Assembly: GCF_964355755.1 (NCBI RefSeq)
Contig: NC_092672.1
Location: 28,774,437 to 28,838,436 of the forward strand
DNA from: Antedon mediterranea
Taxonomy: Eukaryota; Animalia; Echinodermata
Reading direction: 5' to 3'
Length of the DNA stretch: 64,000 nt
Position 1 is the first letter of the stretch; each line of letters begins with the position of its first letter. Below the pieces are notes generated by a model. It saw only the letters and a program-made list of their open reading frames with translations. It did no database searches and had not been told where the DNA came from. Below, one piece after another: positions 13,301 through 25,300 of this stretch. The position numbers were made by a program, and so were the translations under genes.

Positions 13301-16300
13301 GTCTTCTTTGTACTGTAGGCAACCTAAAAAGTTTTGATTAGCATACCTTATTAACAAGAAGATAATAAATAATGAATTACATACAAATACATTACATATA
13401 AATTACAACAATGTTTCTATTACAGATATTAAAGGAGTAACACCAAACTACGGCAGCTACAGAGGAGGTACCCATATCACCATTGTTGGTAAATACTTTG
13501 GAACCAAGATAGAAAACGTTGCGGTTGATGTTGGTGGAGTCAAATGTGAGTTAGTCAGCGTTAAAGATAATGCTATTGAATGCGTCACTGGAGAACAGCC
13601 TAGCAATCAAACAACCGTTCCTGGCAACCGTGGAATTTATCGAGAAGTATGGAAAAACAAAGTTAACAGGTAAAAGATAATTTATTCGTGTACATTATCA
13701 CTAGTGTCGCCTGTAATATTCTTTGTACATCAACTTCCTTTTTAACTATATAATACAAGATGAAAACTAAAATCGCAATCATGATAATGCATAAATTTAC
13801 CAATTTCTCGTTTGTTTTCAGTGACTTCTCAGATGCTAGAAGCTGGAACACCTTAGACAGTGATTACTACATTGAGGTGCGTGACGAGTTCCAATCTCCA
13901 GACAATCCCACTTTTGGGGAGACCGATTACTACTCGTCCAGATATAGGGGCTTTTTTGTGGCACCATACGACGGAATTTTTAAATTCATGATTTACAGTG
14001 ATGACGAATCACAATTGTACTTTAGTATGACAGAGAATCCAGAAGATAAAGTAAGTAACATAAACATCATGTAAATGTGAAATGTTTTATAAAAATGCAT
14101 TGCCGTATTACAATGAGCAAATTAATGGCCAAGCAGTTAATGCAGGGATACCATAACTTTATAGCTGCAGCTGTTTCGGTGGTATGAGGTCGCTGCCGTC
14201 TTCTGGTTAAACACTGTACACCTTAGGTCCAATTGCATTGCTTGACTTAGTCTGAACGGGAATACCTAGTATATTCTTAGCTGTGTAGCAGTTTTACCAT
14301 AATGTACTAATTCACACTGTCACTGTAGTGAATAGAAATAATACTTTCTGTTTTTTCAGATGAAAATTGCATTTAATTCACGGGCAACAAAAAGTTTCTA
14401 CACAAGACCCAAAGAACAAATATCTAACCCACTGAAACTGACTGGTGGAACCCATTACTATATCGAAGCCTATCACCATCAACATCGCGGAAGTCACTAC
14501 GTTAATGTTGGATTGATGTTGTACGATCTGCCGATTAGTAATGCTGATTATAGTGGAGCAGTTAATGAAAAACAAACAATATCAATTACATCATCAAACA
14601 AGAACCAACTGCAGGTGAATGATTCATACCACAATAAGACAGAAGAACCCAATTAAAGGCGACCCAACAAAGTGTATCCTTATTATGTATTGCTTCTCAT
14701 TCCTTTCTCTTAAAACTGTCCTCTGCAAATTGATTGTCTGGTGTTCTACTGTAGTTTATTCACTTTCTTTTACTTTCACTTTTATTATGCCTCTCATCAC
14801 AAGAAGATCAGTATTTTCTTTTGCATTTGCGCACCTGACTCGCCCAAGTGACATGCTTAGAAATGGGTGTCACGAAAGCTCAGACCACGAAAGCTCAGAC
14901 CCCCTAAGACCTAAGATCACGAAAGCTAAGACCCAACACCTAAGATTACAAATATTTATCTTTCGCACCTGCCTTGTATTTTAACTCCCAACATTTATTC
15001 TGAATACCACACCTTAGAATTGGCACTTTCATGAAAAAGAATCACATAAAAAGTAACAAATACATTTTTAAATTGATGATTTTACAGACGTTTTTCTCGC
15101 ACACAAAATGACTAGCCTACAGTACAGTAGGCCTACCCCATGGGCCATGTTCAATGTTTTTGTTTCTATGGAACGTCAAAAGAGCAAAAATTATATAGAG
15201 GGCTGAAAACTCTGTGGAGTCCATCTACAGTGTGGATGGAACAATGTAAAATTAAAATTGTAATGATAATAGTATAATCATGCAAGTACGAAGAAATAAA
15301 TACTGGCAAATAAATTTTAATTTAAAAATCATGATAAGTTTTTTTGTTTCGTTTTCTTTCTGTTTTTATACTTGTACTATTATTGTTGCTCTTTTGGCGC
15401 TCCATAGAAACAAAAACATTGAGCATGGGGAGCTCGAGGAGTTACATTGTCATTACAGTATACAAAGAAACACATCTGTAAAATCATCAATTTAAAGGAT
15501 TTATTTATTTGTTATTATGTGTTTCTCCTTCTGAAAGTACTTATAAGTCCTAATTTTAAAGTGTGGTGTTCAGGATAAAGTTAGTCAACAAATTTGGAGT
15601 CAAAATACAAGAAAGGCAGGTGCGTAAGAAAAACATCCTCTGAAGCAACACAATGGAGTAAATATATACCAACAAACAACCCGTCAAGTTTGTTTGTTGT
15701 AAAGAAAAAATATACATTTACTCAACAGGCGAAAATAATGTGAGTTTATCTATGTTTTGCGGTAGTATTAAATTATATTTATGGTAATAAATGAAACCTA
15801 CTGTGTTTAAAATTATGTATGGATAAACAAGTATTGTTTTTAAGCTGTAGTATATCTTAGTATTTGTAATCTTAGGTGTTGGGTCTTAGCTTTCGTGATC
15901 TTAGGTCTTAGGGGGTCTGAGCTTTCGTGGTCTGAGCTTTCGTGACACCCGCTTAGGAATAGTAGCCTTTGCGTTTATATCGCCAATGTTTGATCATTGT
16001 TTACACCCATCTCTTTTCTAGATTAAACAGACAACCTAATTTAATTTCAGTGTCCGTTTGCGAAAGATATCTACTGGAACGGCTAGAACATACCTATTCA
16101 TATAACCAGAAATTTGTTCTGTACAATTACGACTAAATAATATTAACATAATACTAGTCTAGGTTCTAGCGTGTGTTTTTAATACCTGAGCTCGAAAACA
16201 CTGTAGTTTTGAGACGAAAATCAAAACGCCGACTGCTGGACTAATACAAAGAAGACAATAACTACAGGACTATCAAAAAATATTTAGATGTGGATTAAAT

Positions 16301-19300
16301 AATATATATATAAACATTCTCGGCGTGGTACGGCGGAACAGCACTAGTCCTCAGTTGTACACACGCGCAACAGAGATCAAATTGATACGCCCTCATCTTA
16401 CAGTATTTTTATTCACGAGGCGGGATCTCCGAAGAGATACTTTTATATATATAAACACAGTAGGCAAAGAACATTAATTCTAAACCGCCCGGTGATATAC
16501 TGAAATTTAATTAATTAATTTGATTAATATATATATATAATAATGCTGTGAGTATCAGTGGCAGAATCTCAATGGAGATACAAAAAAAAAATCTAAATCA
16601 AAAACGATAAATTAAAACAGAAAAGTTAGCAGAGCTTTCGAGCAACACCAGCCCTTCATCAGTGCAAGTTTTAAAGACATATGTAAAGACACAGAATAAT
16701 AACATAAATACAAATACGGTCTAAACAAAGTAGGTGGTTTATGTCACTTGTTACACGTTACTCAAACAATTTGACTTTTCTGAGAAAACTTCTTCAGTTA
16801 ATTCGTTTTAGTTATTTTAGTTGAATTAAAATGTTTTTAATTCTAAAGGTTTTAAGTATTAACAGAGAAGAAGATGAAGTTTAGGAGATACTGTTGATTG
16901 CAAATTGTTCAAACGAGTATGTACGAGTATGTGAAGATCTTGATGGAACGTTTAACAATGCATCTATGGATGAAATCACAGATAATACACTGTTGATTCC
17001 AAATTGTTCAAACGAGTATGTACGAGTATGCGAATATCTTGAAGGAACGTTCAACATTACATTTATGGATGAAACCACAGGTAATACGCTTTGTTTAGGC
17101 AAAATGTCCACATAGGCTTACATGACTTCCTGCAATTCAATATATAAATTCTTTTATGTTTCTGCCTCTTATCTGATGAATATTTACTCTAAAAACAGGG
17201 CCATAGCCACCAGTACAGTTTTTTATAAACATGACACACTCTCATTGCTTAATTATTAATCTTTACGAGATTGCCCAACAATAATATAATTCAAATTGAC
17301 CAAAATAATGTTACTAGCAAAATTATTTGATTCATCCCACTGCCCCAGCTAACAGTTGATTGAACCGCTCTCACTTTCTTGTGACTACAATCTGAATTAG
17401 GTTCATTATCAGCTAATGCCACTGCCAATGAAGTACAAGATGCTATTAATAACCTGCAGAGCGTTGCATATCCTGTGTCTGTCAACAAAACAATACAGTG
17501 GACTGGAAATGTGTTTGTGATTCATTTTCCACCAAGTTCAGGTAAGAATGTATGTATTTAAAAAAAAGACAATTATTAACATGTTTTCTGAATACAAACT
17601 TTGTTTTTACACCCAGACCATCGATTTTATTTTAACTTGATTTAAACAGGGAAGAATACAATTACTGTTCACTGAAAGTTCTTTATTCATAACTTTAATA
17701 GCAAGTGGGAAATTGCCAAACGACAAAGAAAGATCCACCCCGATAATATTACATGTATGATTTCATGATTTTACTAGACTACAAAGCTATCAAGCTGTGT
17801 TTAAATTTTATTTTTTTTTCTAATATTCAACTATATTATATTCGCATTTATCGTATTGTACTAGCAGTAATCTTTGCTACGCATGGTCTTTTTCTGCTTT
17901 AATATAACAAAAGCGCACTCTGATAAAAATACTTTGACAAATTTTTAAAATAAAAACAAATTGTATCAAGAATAAAATTATTTACGGCCATTGATTTTTT
18001 TATACACTATCCCTTCATTTTGAAATATATGTAAGCTATAAAAGCAATCTGGATATGGAACTTTAGACTTTACTTTTGAGTGTGAATTAGATGATAACGA
18101 AGTATAAAATGCCAAACTGTATTATTTTGGGTATTTTTCGATCGTGGTGTATTAATTATTTTATACATAGGTCCTATACTATAGATAAAATAAAAAAGTG
18201 GACAAAACGAAGTTGTTTTCATGTTCAACAATCAAACCATTTGGAATCGTTTTGTTTGTGTATGTTGATTTTTGCCAACTGTGCACGTACCGCCGTTCAG
18301 TGGTTTTGGAGGAGACACGTAAAATTTCGTGAAAAATTTAGTAGCATTAAGCATATAATTATATAGATAGATTATATTTAATCCAATCATTGTGCGCATG
18401 CTTATATGCTTCTGTGCATGAACAGAATGAAGGAACCATTATCCACGTTACTACGAAACATGTTATGTGTATTGAATTATTTTGTGTACAGGAAATGTTG
18501 AACAAGTTGTTGGTTCTTCAGATGACTTTCAAGTCAACAGCTCCACTGCAGTTGAAGGAGGCATGGATACCATTGACAGTTTCTCTGTAATACTTGACAG
18601 TGTTGAAAGTACAGCACTATCAAGTTCATCTACTGCTGAGGATTTCGAAGAAGCTCTAATAGAGATGTTCTCTATCAAATGTAAACGTTCAGGGTTGACT
18701 GGAATGTATATCAACGATTACGAGGGTACTGCAAATGAGTACGAATCTGGCATACGAGTGTTAGACATGGAACCGTACTGTGGACGGGCTTCTCTGAAGA
18801 ATCCCAGTGCTGTTTACAAATCAGGAAAAACTAAGTCATCTAATGGAGAGACTGTTGATGTAATCGATGCTAAAATTAATGGAAAGGTTAATTTTTGTTT
18901 TAAATTAATATCCACAAAACATTAAAATATCATGCCATGCCACCATGTTGGCATACATACATTTTAATAGCCTTAAGTGACCTGTGGCAGTGGCCTCCGT
19001 TCTGAAACGTTGGTTTCTTAAAGACTCTGACAGGTCTGAGACGTTTATTCTGAAACAAACAGGTCTGAAATCTGTCTAATTAAAGACACTAGGACGGGAA
19101 GTAACAGGACGGTGCTCATGACTAATGTATGCATGAGCTTCAACAAAGTGGGCCGAGCTTAGCGTGAAATTCTGTCTTTTTGAGGACGATAAAGTTTGCA
19201 TTTTCCCGTTTACGGAGAACGAATAGAAATAATGTACATATAACCTTAAATAATATACAGTTCAAATTAAACTTGAAAGTGGAATTTTTGAAACTTTAAA

Positions 19301-22300
19301 TAACATTTAACATAACTTCTAATTTAATTGTTTAACGAAATAAAACGTTTATTTGGTTAAAATGGCTGTGTTAAAAGCAATACATTTTTTGCGGCGCGAC
19401 GAAGCATAGACCCATGCTGTACCTGTCCACCAGGGTCAAACGTAAATAGGTTTTAAGAAATTCTTGTTATTTAAATTACAGGTATGTTTAGATTATAGAG
19501 GAGCACTGTCACAAGATGTAATGTTCACAATTCACTGGAAACATTATGAGGATGGAGATCAACGAAGCGATACAATTTACACAATATCTGAATTGTATGA
19601 AACTAACAGGTGATAATATTATTTTGCAGGTTTTTATTTTTAACAAGGCCATATACTGTACATGACTGCAGTCGCGTGCGCAAATTTGAGTTAGTGTTTA
19701 CCGACCGACCAACCGGCCCACCGACCGACATAGTGAGCTATTATAGAGTCTATTATAAAAACGCCCAATCGGCGACAGAAGCTGGTATTTTTTGTGTTGT
19801 CTGTTAATGTTTGTATTTTGTGACATTCATCAAATACACATAAATAACATATAAACGCATAAATGTTAACATTTTGTGTTGGTATAAAAAATGGTTTAAG
19901 ATATCTATGATTTTCATAAAACTTTTTTACTGTTTTATGCTTAAATTGAAAGTGTTTCAGTGGGTGGTTTTTAATGAAAAATTTGCATAATAATAGAAAC
20001 AGTGGTGCGAAGAAGTTCCATTGAAATACAAAAATTAGAATACTCTATTGCTAAGGCGTAAACTTAAACGCCCTGTTTATTTTTTTTTTGTATTTGTCAT
20101 TATCTATTACTTAATTTAGCAGGCTTTTTTTCTCAAAACACTGATTGCAACAGCCAAAGCTTTAGCCTGTGATATCTCTGGAAGTAGACATGGTATCAAG
20201 ATATTATTTTCAGCTTTTTAAATCTTGGATAGCAGTATTTTGTGCCACAAATGAATATTAGATAAAGTTATTATGCACTATTACAGTATAAACAACATTA
20301 TAATTTGTAGTTACAGATGTTTATAAAAATATATTGCGATTACTTTGTTGTCGGTTTGGTATTATTTAAATCTGACTTTTATGCTAACTCTACCAGACTG
20401 CTCTTTATATAGTATTGTTAAATCGCATTTTCTTTCTTCCAGGTGGCGTTATACTTGCTTCGACATATACAACTATATACTGCAAGATGATGACCTTATT
20501 TATGACAGTAGTCCCAGATCTCCATTTGATGTTGAGGTCATTACACTCTACCAAGATGGCGGTGACTTCTACATTGATAATTTGAATATTGGGTCGAGCA
20601 CAATAACATGTAAGGCAATAATTTATAGAGATGGGAATAGAACAGAGTGTAGGCGAATATAACCTTTCTTCCACCTTTTTGAAAGGGGATGTTCCGTCTA
20701 GAAAATTAAATGACACTGCTGATGTTTATGTCTTTTAAATAATTTTGAATAATTGTTTTCAGATATACCCACTCGTTCAGCTGCTCGACCAAACAATATG
20801 TTTGTTACCGACATATCTGTTGTCAAATACTATAACAACTTTAACATCACCCTAACGGCAAACTGTGCTTATGGGTTCCCTCTTCTCCAAGTTAAAGCTG
20901 CAACCATCACAAATGGATCAGTTGAAGGCGAGAGTGATTATGTCGTATATAGCAACAGTTATTGGCGGAAAGGGACGACAATTTCTATACATAGGTTGAT
21001 AGCAGCCTCAAAACCAATATCTGGTAGTTTTATGATGGAATGGAATGGTAAAAACTTTGGTAGGATGTTAATCAATTTGGTCTTTGACTCTCACCCTAAC
21101 ATCATCTTAGAGGTGGAGATACTGTATGTCACTCTTAAAAGATATGGAGTACAACCATAAAAATCTCTGTCAACTCTCCTTTACAGCAATATGGGTATCG
21201 CCTTGATATTGATGTATGGAACATCTTTTCTAATTATCCACCACACATCCATATACGTTTCCTTATATTTCAAGTTACAGTAATATAGTACTTTTATAAT
21301 CAATAACCGTCAGAAAGATTGGTTGTCCTGTTTTATCCTGCATTCTTTTCATCTACAAGTTCAGTTAAAATACTCAATTAAGAACCTTACTAATCTTTTT
21401 GCATCTCCCTTATTTGAGTTTTAGGCTTTTCAATACACCTACCTATTATAACACTGTTCATTTATTTAATTTTTTCAATACTATAGCTGTACATGCAACA
21501 TATTCAGCCAAACAAATGAAAGACCTGCTTGAAGGGTATTTTGCCACTGGAGTGGTGGCTGTAGAAAAGACATCAACATGCTCATCTGCTATATGGACCA
21601 TTGAATGGACTGACATTGGGGGTAATCATGAACCTATAGAGGTATTTATGCATTACTTATTATTGTATTTGTATTTAAAACAAACCATGAGAATATTTCC
21701 CTTGTTTGTATATAGAACAATTTGTTCTTAGTCACTGTGTATGAACTGTCATGTTTAGGTCATTTTCTTTTTACTCACCTTTTATAGTAAGCTGTATTTG
21801 GTCACAAATTAAAGACTAAAACAAATTTTAAAAAATCATTTAATTTTTGCAGGTTAATGGTACAAGTTTAGTAGGCGATGATGTATCTATTACAGTTACC
21901 ACAGACGCTGATGGCGCACTCCTTCTTGCACCTATTCCGGGTGACTACCTACGAACCCCACATTCATCACCCCAAGTAAGTAGTTCAGTTGAAATACCAA
22001 ATTGTAGAGACCGGTCTCCCCGCTAGCATCTTTGTTGTCTTTGACAAGACTGGCAGAAACCATTAATAATAAATTAATTTGCATATTGTTTGTATTTATA
22101 TTTCAGGTTGAAGTCTATATTAATGAAGTTATCTCCAGTTGTGCAACGGATAATTGTACCTTTGATTATAATGAGGATTACACTGCTGAAATAACAAACA
22201 TAGATATACATTCAGGTATAATGATACTATATGGTGGGTTTTGTCTAGACCGTGAGCGTTCCGAGTAACAGAACACAACTGATTGGAACTCAAAGTAAAG

Positions 22301-25300
22301 CGCAGTTGCACAAAATATATCGACATTGTTGACTTGTGTTGAGTTAAACTTTTTCGGAACTGAAATTAATTAACTAAAACTAACTGAAAACTTTGTGTGG
22401 TATGTGTAACCACGATTTGCTGCAATAGTTCCATTTCGAAAGTCAACATAATAATTCTAGAACAACAAGTTCTTTCAGTAAAAAATTGACATGAAAGCCT
22501 ACTTTAATACCTGTATTTTAATTAATATAATTTTCCCAGACTGAAGGTAACTGAGATCTAGTTAAAATTTTAAATGCTAGTATGGCCTAGACATTTTATA
22601 TAAACGATAATAAAAGTCTTGATTGGTCCAAAGAAAGAACGGAATATTTTAGTAATATCAAACTATTTTTAGGGAAACTAGACTAGAATAAGTTCGGTCT
22701 TAGTAGTATAGTTTTACTAGTTTAATTCTCAAGGTTTTACAAAGTTGTATGTTTGTGGAAGAGAATACGGATGCACAGCAGAAATGTGGTGATGATATCA
22801 CAGCAGGCACCCACACAAATAAAGTAAAACAATAAGTAATAAGATTGATTATTATAGGCAGTATTGATTGAGACATGCAATACACCACAGAACAGTCATA
22901 ACTTTACCATGCCTAAATTTTAACCAAGTTTCAAGAATGAGTCTAGGTTAAAATAAAATATATATCATAGTTTTTGTTATTTCTTCTGAAGGTTCCGAAG
23001 CTGAACAGACGTCAATCACCATCAATGGTACTGGTTTCAGTGTCGATTGCTTTGAGAATATTGTTACCATTGGTGATATAGCATGTGAAGTGCAATCCTG
23101 TATTGAGACTCAGATAGTCTGCGATGTCCAAAACGGAAAGGCGGGAATTTATGAAGTCAGAGTTGTTGTTGTACCTTATGGATATTCTGAAGGCAGCAGT
23201 AGTGAGTATTGATATTTTAAAAATGTTATAAATTTTAAGCTAAATTTGACAAAATTTACTTTATATAGTCAAGAATATTATTACATTATACCAAATAAAT
23301 GTTCCTTTAACATAGAGGACATCAAGACAAAAAAAAAACAGTTAACTTGTGTACTAAAAAATAGACTTTTAATTTATACTATTGTTTTATTTTGTTATGT
23401 AAACTCTCAATGTTTTCAATACCTATTTTAGTTTACATCATTGTGTACTGTTAACAGTCTATTTCCTTTTATTTCTCAGCTGACGTAACTTTTAACTACA
23501 CTATCAATATTAACAGAATTGAGCCAGTGTCAGGCAGCGAATCAGGTAGAGAAATTGTTAACAAGTCAGTATTTTTAATTTTAAGTTACATCTCTTGAGA
23601 ATCAACCGAGAGAGAAAAAAAACATTAAATAAGACACACGTAAAAAAAAAAATCGAGAATATACTAAAATAAGTGTATGTATGTATAATTAATTTTATTG
23701 TGTGTAGCTGCAGAATTTATAATAATTATCATTATTATATATTTTAAATCATTTATTTTCCATACTTCCTGATACATTTATTTGTATTGTTATAATATAA
23801 TAAGACAAACTTGTCAATTGTAATAAGATAGACCATACCTATAGAGTTGCAACGGTGTGGTGTAGGTTTTTAAAGATATTACCGGTTGAGCTCTCGCCAA
23901 GCCAAGAAATATGGGGCCAGATTGTTTTTAAATACCATCATATTTATTATTACTATATTATTAATTACTATCCATTGTCATTTTGTACGGTTTTTAGCCA
24001 GTATATTAACATGGCAGTCTCAACTTGGTAAGTTTCTTTATTTAATAATTTTACAGGAGGAACTGAAGTAACTATTTATGGTCAAGGTTTTAGTAATATT
24101 CCAGAAGAGAACAACATTGCCTTTGGTAGTACACGATGTGTCGCCACTCAATCAAGTTTTAATATTATTCATTGTACATTAGAAGTCCAGGTTAGCAAAG
24201 ATATCAATTATTTTCAATTTGGTGTTTTATTTTTCATATTGACCATTAAAGTAACTCAATAAATATTTGGAATAAAAAAACATTTCCGCAACTCCATCCG
24301 AAATTTTTAAATTTAAAATTGACAGGAAAAACACAATAATAATTCAATAAAAACGAAAGAAACTTTTTAAAAATAGGTCTTTTTCTTTTAATAATAATTT
24401 ATGCCAGTGCACAATTAAACAATACAATCATTTTGTGAATATTGTAGACATTTTTTTTTTAAACATCTATTGCAGATTTCATTGGGCCTATATGAGCATT
24501 GGTTTGAAATAATTAAGTTCAGATACCTTTCTCACGAACCACTGAAAGATAATAGTTGAGTCGTTAATTATGAATGTTATGATTTTTTCTGTTGTTTTTA
24601 AGAATGAGTCTAGACAAAAAAGATCGTTAAATTCGCTGAATGTATCTATTGAAGTCGATAAACTATCATCTAGTATTGACAATGCGTTTACTCAAAATCC
24701 AGCTTTAACGCCAACAGTATCTAGTATTTCACCAACTTCAAGTAGTGTTCTAGGTTTGTACTTTCTACTGTAATTAGTTACTATCATTATGGTTTGCTGA
24801 GAACTGCTGTATTTTACGTTCGTTGCCACCTAACGGCACTTTGTATTAGGTATAGGTATATTGAATTTGACACTCCTCTCCTCTCCTATACGTGGTCACT
24901 AAGCCTCGAGCAAGATAATTTTGTTCTCAAACCACTCTTTGGAAATATTAAATTTTCCCACTATCCTTTATTATTAATGTTGTATACAGAACTACACTTA
25001 AGTATTGATGCAGGAGAACTATTAGATGTGTTTTCAAACCTCTGATTTGTTATTGTATGTTTTAATAGGAGGAGGCACCATTGTTATACTCAGCACAATC
25101 TTCGGAACCAAAAAGCCAATGGTTTATATCAACGAATTGGAATGTACTGTGATATCGTTTAGTGACACCGAAATCCAATGTACTGTTCCTGGAAACGAAC
25201 CTGGAATCTATGACGTGATGGTATCGGTCCCAGGGAAAGGTTATGCACACGTTGGGTATGTTTCAAACTAGAGATTGTTATGATGTTTTTATAATATATC

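Noticed and set aside
14619-15495. ORFs 14619-14984 and 15280-15495 as extra exons or a transposase
   Set aside because: Low-complexity intron and foldback-element sequence with no transposase motifs. Exons 12 and 13 join in phase without them.
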